Assembly (NCBI GenBank): GCA_002269645.1
Contig: NIVC01000566.1
Coordinates: 62,001 to 126,000, forward strand
Direction of reading: 5' to 3'
DNA from: Macrostomum lignano
Taxonomy: Eukaryota
Length of the DNA: 64,000 nt
Position numbers and translations under genes: made by a program. Position 1 is the first letter of the stretch. Every line of letters begins with the position of its first letter. Under the pieces are notes generated by a model. That model was not told the origin of the DNA. It was given only the letters and a program-made list of their open reading frames with translations, and made no database searches. Shown one piece after another: positions 25,001-36,134 of the stretch.

Positions 25001-27550
25001 TTGACCGGCTTTCAGGTCTTCGCAATACCCGCAATTGGGGCAGACACGGGTTGAGCTGCAGCGTGACCGCCCCGCCCGGTTCTTTCGGCGGTGGTTGTCG
25101 AAGCACTGCTGATTGTAGCACTTGAGGCCACAATCAGCACAGCGTTTGTAGTCACGCTGCAGGCTTTTGCAGTCGGTGCCGGGCACTTTGCACTGAGGGC
25201 AGGTGTTGGCGCACCTGTGTTCTCTAGACATGCAGTCGTACGGTTGCTGGCAGCGGTCGCAATAGCGGCGGGCTCCGAAAAATGGCGGCACCTTGCACAC
25301 CGCGTTAAAGTGTTCGCCAATTAGGTGCAGATTCAGCACTTCGCGGCCGGGCAGGGCATACACGCATGTATTGCCCTCCTCAGCACTGTATACCCGGACG
25401 CCGAAATCTCGGCCGGGCGACTGGGCGTTCAGAACTGCCAGCAGTTGGGTGAGCACATCAACCCCGAAAGGCCCGGCCTGTGCAATGGTTGATAAAGACT
25501 AAAACATTTGTATATTAATAAAAATGCAAATTAAAATGTGCAAGAACATTTTTTACTCACCGAATACAATTTGGCGGCAATCTGAAGCTCCCCAGTCAGC
25601 TTCTTCTGCATTGGGGAGTCGGCCTTGATTGTTTTCCACGTGTTCTTAGTGATGGCTTTGGCCTGCAGATCGGCAAAGGCCTTGGCCACCACCAGCGCTC
25701 GAATGAGACAGCGCTTATCGCTGTTGGCGATGATGACATAATTGCGTCCCCCAATTGAATGCCTGGCCTGAATGTGGCGCTCCGCCGCATCTAGGCTGCC
25801 GCAGCCGCCCCGCGGGACCCAGGCCTTGAGCAAAAACAATTTAAAGTTGTTGCCCAAGACACTGGAGTCCGACTGCAGAACCTTCTTGATATGTTTAAAT
25901 ATCAACTCTGCAGTGAAGCGGGCGGCGCGGACCGGCGGGACATTAACCGTGAGCAGCATGTTGTCGGCAGTCAACTTGGCCGAGATGAAATCGTTGACAT
26001 TCGGGTCGGCGCAAAGCACAGAAATTATGCCACCAAACGTGGCGCGAATATCAGTGGTATCGGTGAACGACACCACATATTCTACCCCCTTGGCTCTAAA
26101 CTTAGGCAGGGCTTTCGCCCCGCCAAGACGCGCAATGAAGCCTGAAAAATGGAGGGTTTTGAAATTAGAATTGCGAGTGAATGACTCATGAAATAAAATC
26201 AACTCCTTACCATCGCCTTCGACAGTGTCGGGCTGGGGCGGGGGTTGAAATTGAGCCAAATCTGCAATAAAAATGCGCATGGTGACTAAAATTCTGACCG
26301 CTTGGAATTTTACAACTGTCAAAAACTTTTGATTGATTGCCTGCAGCAGCAGCAATTTTATCGCCCCACCCCAAGCAACAAAAATCGGCGAGTTGTAAAA
26401 ACCCCAACTCGGCACGTTCCGACACGTAGCAACAAAAGAAATGTGGGGTTGATTGACCCCCGTTTCGAATTTTAGGTTGTCAAAAATGTTTGATTGATGA
26501 CCCTGATAACACAGATCCTGCCACAGCAGACATTGTAAAATTTAAGAAAACCCCTATCAGCACGTGTCTCCATTGTGCCTCCTTGACACCTAGCAACAAT
26601 ACCGCGCGGCTGCTTTTGGGTTTTTAAAGCTGTCTGATTAATAACCCTCACTGTAGCAGCCAAGTTTTATTGCTGCCAAAACCCCTACTGTCAATTGCAG
26701 CGGTGATTACATCATCATGCTGAGCCCAAAAATCGGGGTTGATTTTATCACTGCCGCCTGCCCACCCCCCCCCCCGCTGAGTCACGTTCGCGCCGCAGGA
26801 TTGCTGTTTTTGCTTCTCTCTAGTTCAAGGATTAGTCATATACTGCCCCTGGAATTTTATGACTATCCTCTACAGGCATTATCTGGCTATACTGCTGCTG
26901 CTGCGGATATTCTCTAAAACTCTGTTATTTCAATAGGCCTGAATTGAGAAATCCAGTTTCCTCTTTTTACTTCAACATCTATGGCAGGAGGAAATTCATA
27001 AATTTTAAGCCAAAATGAATGCTAAAGATGAAAAGCAGTAGTTTCAAAGAAATCACTATATTATTTCAATAAGCATGAATTTAGAGTTTGCAAATCACAC
27101 GAATACAAATGAATGCTGAACCAAAAGCAGTTCCTCCCTTTACTTCAATCTGCGACAGACAGTCCGAAGTCCGAATCCGAATTTCAATAAGCTGAATTTA
27201 GAGTTTGCAAAGCAACTCCGAATGCGAAGGGTGAAAAGCAGTTTTACAGTGGGCCTAATATTTCAATAAGCCTGATTTTGAGTTTGCGAAAGCCAAATGA
27301 ATTCTAAAGATGAAAAATCAGTTTTACAGAGAACAGCCCTATATTTTTCAATAATCCCGAATTTAGAGTTTCGTAAAAGACAAAGACGAAAAAGAAATTT
27401 TTACACAGACTTGCAAGACTCACCTAGTTGTCTCCGCTTTGCAGCCGGAGGCTGTGACTGCTGCTGCTGCTGCTGCTGCTGCCTCGATGGGCCGGCCTGC
27501 CCCCACAATGCCGATATTGCCGCTTCCGCAGCAGAGCGCTTCGATGCCAT
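22069..27550 (-). pseudogene. Protein-primed family B DNA polymerase (pPolB), ~1311 aa predicted, 7 exons, 1-bp deletion in motif C
   Basis: Exons 27550-27424 (inferred), 26261-26211, 26141-25561, 25477-23528, 23446-22899, 22824-22538, 22459-22069. Motifs: ExoI YDTET, ExoII AHNASGYD, ExoIII YCLSD, VSR-like FHGCFYHGC...IWEHE, motif A DVVSLYP, motif B KIFLNSLWGKF, motif C YC[D]TDS, C-terminal KR...PYGY. All splice phases are consistent once one base is restored between 22545 and 22546. Confidence 0.88.
26920..27400. repeat. Degenerate ~85-140 bp repeats (atttcaataagc.gaatttagagtttgc...) in predicted pPolB intron 1
   Basis: Core recurs near 26925, 27063, 27181, 27261 and 27346. Confidence 0.7.
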
Positions 27551-27691
27551 TTCGATGGGGAAGGTAGATGGTTGTTGATGCTGCTGATGCTGCGGCTGCT
27601 GCTGCTGCTGCTGTTGTTGCTGATGCTGCTGTTGTGGTTTCTGCTGCTGCTGGCTGCTTCTGCGGATGCGGCTGCAGCAGCTCTCACCCGC

Positions 27692-27699
27692 TTTATATA
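27692..27699 (-). promoter_or_regulatory. Candidate TATA box (TATATAAA) for the pPolB transcript
   Basis: Minus-strand GTATATAAAG about 140 bp upstream of the inferred ATG at 27550, followed by a CAG-rich leader. Confidence 0.5.
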
Positions 27700-30600
27700 C
27701 CCCGCAAGAGGGAGGGTGGGGTAGGGGCACGAGAATTGTGCGTGATTTTCTTTCCCGGGTCTATATTCTCCAGATTAGTGTACGATTGAACACTCCATTC
27801 CGCATTTGGTATAGAAAAGTTGGGGTCAAAATTACCCCGCCAATTCTTTTCTCATGCGGTATTTTATTGGATCTGAGCGGAGCCATCCAACCGGCACTCT
27901 CGCAGGAGTGAAATGGCGACTTCGTCAGAGTACAGTCTCTCAAAGAAGAAGACCGCTTCCTCTTGCAACATATCTTTTCGACTTGAATCGGATAGAAAAC
28001 GGTGTTTATCCAGAAAACAATTGGCAGAAGCTGACCAATAATAGCTAAATACAGATGAAAAATATGAAAGATAACTTCTGTGGTTTTTAAGGCCCGCCTG
28101 TCTCTGCGAGAAAATGGATGTCAAAAATCGCTGTATCAATTTAATGACCTGGGGGAAATGGGGCTTGTGTGCAAAGCATCCGATTGACAGAGGCTTGGGG
28201 AAGAGTTAATGGTCGATGAAAAGCTCTTGCCATCATCTAAAATATCCATCAAAGAGTAATAGGTGACAGCCCCTGTCTCGAGCCAAAAAATCAGAGAGAC
28301 AGAGTTTTCTACTTCTGTTTACGTAATGTTTAGGGATGGACCTGGGGTTATAGTGACAGAGAGTCAGTTATGGCATTTACGCGGTAGTAAAGAATTGCCT
28401 TGGTGAGGCTGGGTTAGGTGTTGTGCTGTTCTCTCCATATTAGCGAACATTAATAGTCCTGGGTTGAATTTTGATATGGCTAGAATGTATAGCGGAGAAT
28501 CGTTGAATTGAAGGGTGATTCAACATGCAAAGTATGCAACAAAACCGATTCAGTGCATCTAAAAGAGGCTGTTGGGAGCTTCAGAACTGAGAATAACGTT
28601 TAAAATAGCATCAATGACATGATTTAGTAATCGAAATCAATTGAATGCTGAAAACTTTAAGTTTAATAGCAGACTGTGTTTTTAGCCCCAATTTTACAGT
28701 GTCTATACAATATTTCCCCAGCTTCTTGGGCAATATACATGCCTATTTGAATGACAAAACAGCATTTTTGATGGTTTATTAGCTAAAATTATGATTTCTA
28801 TTGATAAAATGACAGATTTCGATCCATAAAGTAAGCATTTTAACGTTAAAAATCGAAAAATGAGGAAAACTCGTGTTTTTCATGAAAAAAATTGCATTAC
28901 TAGTAATTTAGCCTCCATTAACTATTTCTTGGGCTGGGCTGGCTGTGGACTTCCATGTGGGATTTATTCCTGCTTCGAAGCCGTCTCAAGTAAAGTTGAA
29001 ACGGCATTTGGGTAAATTAACTGTTGAAGTTTCCAGTGATGAAATTACTGATTTTTATCCACAAAGTCTAACTTTTAACGTTAAAATTAAAAAACTGTAG
29101 AAAACTCGCCTTATATGAAATGTGCTTTTTACGAGCTAGTAATTTAGCTTTTAATAAACTTGGACGGAATTCCAAACTTGGAGAGGTCAGTGGGTGATTC
29201 ATTCCTGCTTCGAGAGATCGAACTTTCATAGAGTCTGAAAGCTTGAAGTGAGAGGGCAGGGGAAGCGATAGAATTGGCATAGCAGCACGTTTTTGGGCGG
29301 GTGGACTTCACTACTTCTAGTATACCGCATTGGCCATAGTGCCAAAGTATTTCTGTGACAAAACACATCTATAGAATTCAGTCTCGGAATTGTATGCGGA
29401 GGAGACACTGATTCATAGGCTGTGTACATTGACAGATGCAGGGGTATTGGGTCGATGCAGTTGAAGGTTGACTCGGATTTGCTCAGATTCGTGGGGTTGA
29501 TGTGTGCATTGAAAGTTAGTTTCTTGCTAACTGGGGCGGCATGGATGACGTAATTGGAGAAGAGGGGTTTTGCTGAATGAGGTTTAATATAGGCTCCGTG
29601 CTGTGAAAAGATCTGTTTGTACACTGAAAATGGAGAGAGGGTCGAAATTCCTTGGCATTCAGAAGGGTGACAGAGAGAAACAGGGACAAGTGGTTCAATT
29701 CGATTTGCTTTATAGGGGTCTGCTGAGGGGTGGATGTTTTCGAACAAGTCTTGGGGTTGAATTTTGAATATAGCCGAAGATAAAGGGTGATTCAACATGC
29801 AACATAATTAATTCCATAGTGTACACCAGCGTCAGTGGCATATTTTGCGGATTAAAGCGCGACAAGGGGTCTTGTACCATCCACACGATCAATATGGACA
29901 AGACGTTTCAGCGCGTCCTGACAAAACGGGTGTACGGGGCCTGCAGCAGGCCTTATGGCTATAAATAATGGTGACTGACAATTCAATGTACATTTTGCAT
30001 TATAAAATTATTAAAATCTATTTGTTGTACATAATTCAATGTACATAAAACATTTTTGCATTGCAGTATTGCCAAATTTATCAGAGTAAATCTATTTGCT
30101 GTATATATAATTCATGTACATAGAGCATTTTTGTATTGTGTGTGGCGAAATTGCCAATGTAAAAATCTATTGTACATATTTTACATGTCAGACCTGTTTA
30201 AAATCATTTATGAAGAGAAAATTATTGAAAAAACAATGTAAAATTTTCTGTATATTCTATTTGCTGGTGATGGTGTACATGTCTCGATTCCTGTAATATG
30301 CTACTGATTAAATGTAAATATATCTTCATTGTAAATACTTATACATGATGTGCGCTACACGGTTAGTTGACTCATTTGGTAGTAGATGAGATTAGTAATT
30401 CTCGCCTCTGCGTACATGTAGTATTGTACATGTAATTTTGGTGCGCGCTCAGACCGTCTGGGGATGACACTGTAGATTAATGTGAGTGTACATATAGAAT
30501 TGGGGATAGACATGGACATTTGAGATATGGATTAATGTACATGGAATTAATGTACATATCCAATTTGAGATAGATAGGGATTAATGTACATGGAATTAAT

Positions 30601-32919
30601 GTACATATATGAGCACATGGATTATTACAACTACATATTGCCATATATCACGCTTAGGATAGCGTTTTTGTATACTACTTACTTCATTTTCAGATAGTAG
30701 TATAATTTGCGTTTTTTGCGTCAAAACATCTGAAAACCCAGCTCTATCTGCACGATACGTAGTAATGGTGTTCAGGAGGGTCAGGTCAGTGCAGACTGCA
30801 ACTGTGGTGTCTCTAATTTACTTTACATAAAATGGGGCCACTTTTGACCGAATTGGATGGTACACTGATTAAACAAAAACTCTCCGACTTTCCTAGAAAC
30901 GAAAAACTTGGCACATTGCTAGTAGTTCCACCAGTGAACGAGCCGAGGCCGGCGCCGCCGAAGGCGCCGACTGGCGGGGCCTCGGGCGAGTGAATAATTT
31001 CTACCCATGGCGGCCGAAGGCCCATCCCACGCACTTAAATTTATTTCGACATCTTTATGCAGTTTTGGTGGGTTTTTTGGGTAAAAAATGACCCTCATTT
31101 TATTATTTCGCCACTTTTTCCTACGAAGCTTCTTGAGTTTGCGCTTCAAAGCAGTGTAGTTGGATGCGCAATGCAAATATCTACAAGTGTCTAAAGTTTT
31201 GTTTTCCTACGATTCTGCAGTGCTGAGAAAATCGACAAAAATCGATTTTTAAAAAAATCACATGACTTTCACATTATTGCTCATTATAATTTTGAGAACA
31301 TGGTGCGAATAATCCGATTTCGAATTTCTATAGCATAGTTGCTGTACTATATTGGTTTAAATTGCCGTCGTCTGATTTCGCTGCTTTCGGCTTTATAAAT
31401 CGATCAGAAATCGATAATTTGTGATTTTTGGCTGATAGGGTGCCCGAAAAATTGATGATTAAAATTTTAAAAGAATGGTAGATCAAAGGCGGAAACGTCA
31501 GCGAGTTGTACTAATGTCTGGCTTAAATTGACCAAGTTTTTGAGTGTCTGCACCAAATGCTCATGTGTCAAAAGTGATTGGAAATCGATCAGAGTAGTGA
31601 TTTTTTAATATTTTGCTTGAAATCAGGCAAAAAACGCAATAGGACGGCAATATTTTAATGACGGCTGATTTCCCACAAAACGAGGCATATTTGTGTGCAA
31701 TTTCTAGAGATTCGGTTCATTGGGTAAAAAATTATCGATAATAAACTGAAAACTTGACTTTTTACTTTTATGTTAGTTCCGGGGCTATTTAAACTGGAAA
31801 TGTTAGGAATTTGCACTGAAACCAATGCACAGTGTTCCATATAGTTAATTTAACATTTTACTTGAGTTTCATAACCATTCGATGTTCTTTTCAGGTAAAA
31901 AATGCATTTTTTGCACCAAAATTCATCAGATTAAGCTGCATACCGCTTTGCATAATTTGCATTTGCTTGCGATTGCTATTGCTTTGGCGTTAGGCTGACT
32001 TAAGCTGGTTAGAAAGGAAAGGAAAGGAAGGAAGAATCGTACATACAATGTACACACACCCGTCCCTTCCAAGTGGGGTTGTGGCGAGAGGGCTTGGCCG
32101 ATAAACGGGCGTCACGTGATTAGAATTTGGTGTTAAATTTAGCTCTTTAACAGCACATTCGAATTGCAAGCCCAGTACAAAGTTTGGCGGGGGCAAGCTC
32201 CAAGTCACTACGTGTACAATCCCTTCCCCTGACCAAAAGTTGAGATACGGCTTATGAAGTAGCAATGTACAGTGTTTTGGAATGATTTATCTATAGCTTT
32301 CTTTGCAACCCCGTTGGAGAAGAGGCTTGGGGTATCTTATGCCAGTTTACTATCTGATTGAGAGTACGAGTATTATGTCCCACAAAACTGGCCTGACTTT
32401 CCAAGCACTTAAGCTGATGATTGCTAATTGCTAAGAGGATCCTTCCTTGGGTATAACCCTGCTACGCTGTAGACTTTAGACAATTTTTTTAGATCGAGGG
32501 CCTATTAGAGAAGAATCCAGCTCATGGCTGCGGCTGCGGCCCAAATGAGAGGAAATTAAAGTGAATAGAGGGAGAAGAGAAAAGAGGAGATAAGAGATAA
32601 AACGAGAGAGAAGTGAGAGGAGAGGGGGAGACTAGAGAGAGGTTAGAGAGGAGAGAAACAGAACAGACAAAGAGATACAATGGGAGAAGTAGAGATTTGC
32701 ATTTTTCTTGAGCTTCTCAAAGTTCTTTTTCATCGGTACAAAACTAGGTTTACCAAGTAGTATGAAGACCCACGTCTAAAAAGAAGCCCGTTCACTGGTG
32801 GCAAAAAGACGTGTGCGTCTTCATACTACTTGTACCGAATACCGATGACGAAATAAAAGCTAGGGTTAGGGTTCATAATGAGTTTCTGATTGGTTTCTGT
32901 TGGGCGGACGGGTCTGTTA

Positions 32920-33972
32920 CAGGGATTGCCCAAATCCCAATCCCGGGATTTCAAATCTAAATTTCCCGATCCCCGGGAAAAATTGTTGTTTGTATTTTTG
33001 TTACAACAAAAAGGGTGTTGTAATATGAACATAATTGGGCCCAAAACTAGTTTATTATACTGCGCTAATTTCCGTTAATTGCCGCACGTCGCGTGGCGTC
33101 TTTTTAAACCGTTACTGTTACCCGAGTGAAAAGTAAAAGTCTGTCAGAATTTTTGTTTTCGTTTTTCAAATTACTTAATGGATAGACTTGGCAATTGGTA
33201 TTGGTTGGTAGTTGTCAGTTGATAAGCTTCCGCTTGGTTGGTTGGTACCTCGTAGTTGCTAGTTGCTACGAGCTCAGTATTTGATGCTGTGTGAGAGTGA
33301 GATCAGAGTAGATAGTCTCAATAGATCGAGTTAATTTAGATCAGCTTCAGAAGCTTAATCAATACTTTTCGTTTTATACACTCCTACTCGATACTCGATA
33401 AACACATCCATGTATATTGCATTTGAAATTTGTGGCATAACAGATTTTAATGTGAAATTTATTGCAATGTAAATTTTGATATTTGGTTTACTTCTTAACT
33501 ACTAATATACTAGTAATTTTATACAACTTAAATACGTCACTCACAAGATAATGCTGTTTTTCATCTACAAATAGATCATTAACTCTCGATCTACAATCAA
33601 AGATGGAAGCAAAAAACGTTTAGCCTTAAAATTCCAGCCCGGAAGCTTAAAAATCTGTATTTTTCTGATCCTGGGATAGGCCGAATTCCGGCGATTATCT
33701 TGTGACGTATTTAAGTAAGTAGTATAAAAGTAATAACTAGTAGTAAAGAAGCAAATCAAATATCAAAATTTAAATTGGAATAAATTTCACATTTAAATCT
33801 GTGACGCCGAGTTTAAAAAGACGCCACGCGACGTGAAGGCAGTTAACGGAAATTAGCGCAGTATTATAACTAGTTGTGAGTCCAATTATGTTCATATTAC
33901 AACACTTTGTAAAAATAAAAACAAAAATTTGTCCCGGGATTCGGGACCCCAATCCCAGGATTGCAATCCCTA
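32920..33972. mobile_element. Degraded non-autonomous inverted-repeat element (hAT-like termini C/TAGGGATTGC)
   Basis: About 190-bp imperfect inverted arms (32920-33110 vs 33790-33972); no matching TSD found. Confidence 0.55.
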
Positions 33973-34599
33973 CTGTAGGCTGCCCCCCTTCCACAAACGA
34001 AATAAAGCAGTTGATTAAACCAGTTAAGTTGAATTGAAAGTGCCGCAGTTAGACGGCTAAATTGGGTTAGAGAGCTAGCTAAGAGGGGTTAAAAAGGGCC
34101 TGGCATGCTAAGCCTTGAGGGACCGATCGATAATCAATGTACATTTAGAAAAGAGATAAAAGACGGACAGAGAGTAGATAAAGATAGGGACGCACGCAAG
34201 GCAGTGAGGCTTAGCCTTAGAGTGACTTTATTATCGCTAAATTTCTGAATGCCTAGTCCTGGTTCCCACATGATGGACATTAAAAGGGTATATTTTATTA
34301 ACAGCAGAGTTTATTTGTTTGGGTAGATTAAGATTCCAAAAGCAAACGAGTTGGCCAGCAATCCAGCATGTTGCATCGCAAATTAAGTTGCTCTTAAACA
34401 TTAATTGCTGGAATTCAAACATAAACAAGTACACTGTACGATATTAAGACGAATTCTGGAATATTCTAGAAGGAGGAAATACCGATTCGACGATTAAAAT
34501 AGAACATATCAGAAATCGGTGATTGTACCTACAGCAACGCCTCTATCTTAACAGAGGAGGGGAGAGAGAAGAGAGGATAGAGAGGAAGAGGGGAGAAAG

Positions 34600-34713
34600 G
34601 GGGTCGCTTCACAAGCTCGAAATTTCACAATCTCGAAAATTTTAGCAGGCGACTTCATAAGCTGCTAAAATGGTTTTCGAGGTTGTGAAATTTCGAGCTT
34701 GTGAAAGCAACCC
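34600..34713. mobile_element. 114-bp palindromic MITE-like insertion
   Basis: About 50-bp imperfect inverted arms around a 13-nt loop; GGAGAAAG directly repeated at 34592-34599 and 34714-34721. Confidence 0.55.
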
Positions 34714-36134
34714 GGAGAAAGTAGAGAGGGGGGGAGGGAGGGGACAAGAGAGAGCTGAGAAGAGACATGAACCTTAGCAGCGGATGGGATTGCTATTGTG
34801 AAGTTTCAAAGGATCCGAGGGCCGGATAGAGAGGCTTCTCGGACCGCATTTGGCTTACGGGCCGGAGTTTGCCGACTCTTGAGTCCTGATTTAAACGTTT
34901 CTGGCCACCTCTGTGCACTTGCCCGTTGCTACGCTCGTATTATGACATAAAATCTTTATTTCGCAACGCTGAGAAACTAACCTTCGCAACTCAACTATAT
35001 TTTGGTGTTAGGAAATTTTGATAATTCAAAAATTTTCTGCGAAATATAAAATTCCGGTCTTAAGATATTTTCCTGGCAAAGGGTGCCGAGGGTGACTTTT
35101 CATGTTGCTGAATGCTGAGTATAGGTCCAAAGATTCTACACGATTCGAAGGCACTTTGCCATCGGGCCGTTCCGGTCGTTAATAAAAGCTCATGTATGAA
35201 TATCTCGTTGGTCTTACGCATAGTAAATTTAAATAATCTGGCATTGCAAACAGTGTACACTACGAGTATCTTTGTCTCATCTTTTACCGAACTATCAGTG
35301 AGCCCCATGTGCTGTAAGTATAGGCTGTGCAGTTACACTCTGTTCATATGGTTCTTGGCAGTTTTCTAACGCTTAATTTTGCTGCAAGAATGGAAGAAGA
35401 GAAGAGAAATTCCAGGCAAGCAATTTTCAAAAGAAAGCTTGCTATGCAAAGTATTGCTTTGAGCGGGCATAATAGCTGTATTGCTTCTTTTATGCACGTT
35501 GACTATTCGTAGATGGTCGTTGTGGCTGTACGCGTCGGAAAGATGGTCGCGAATTTGGTCCATTGTTCCTCGAAACTGCTCAGGGGCGGCTGCGACGGGC
35601 TGAGCTTTCGTTTAGAGGCCACTGCCTCTCCGACCCCTCCAATCAAGCAAAACGCAGCGTTGCGTTCTGGTGTGCAATGGCAATCGCGTGAATTAATGTT
35701 CTATTCTATGTGATGGTAGTTGATAGTATAGTGGCAGCCAGAATTTTAACTGACAAGAATGAGGCAGTTTTGGTCTTGGCAAAAATTACTTACCATGGCT
35801 CAATGCTTGAATAGATTTGGTATCAAGAAAAAATCAGACTAAAAGTCGAGTTTTAGAGCCGAGCAATCCTTTAAAATGTACTTTAACGAGCTACAAAAGG
35901 AGACTAACTGTAGTACATAATTGCTACCTTGAATAGTGCTAATAGGATTTGATAAAGCCACTAGTGAAATTGAGGGCAATCGAACACCTTTGACGTTGCT
36001 CTATATGATCGATACTGAGGGCCATTATTTACATCAAAAGCAATGGTTAGTTGTATATGTGGTTTCAGAGATTGACAATGAATTATTGTCACGAGTGGCG
36101 TAGCACTCCGGCTCAATTATCTTGACTATTGCAA

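Larger units (their letters stand above)
21278..30763 (-). mobile_element. Polinton/Maverick-like element, 9,486 bp, encoding only a pPolB (non-autonomous or deletion derivative)
   Basis: TIRs 21278-22182 and 29855-30763, termini ACTACG...CGTAGT, perfect 6-bp TSD AATGGT at 21272-21277 and 30764-30769. Long TIRs, 6-bp TSD and pPolB are established Polinton hallmarks. Confidence 0.9.

Noticed and set aside
23570-25324. Antisense and alternative-frame ORFs overlapping pPolB (similar ones overlap the transposase, GT7 copies, GTF2F1 and MAK)
   Set aside because: Expected shadows of GC-rich coding sequence; no independent motifs.
27551-27730. Upstream polyQ extension of the 109-aa ORF
   Set aside because: No ATG, and it begins upstream of the candidate TATA box; more likely promoter and 5' UTR.
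27700-29850. Integrase, capsid, ATPase or protease genes of an autonomous Polinton
   Set aside because: Only short or low-complexity ORFs; the 190-aa ORF at 29226-29798 shows no motif I recognise.
32858-32875. Telomere-like tagggttagggtt
   Set aside because: Only about two units; not distinguishable from chance.
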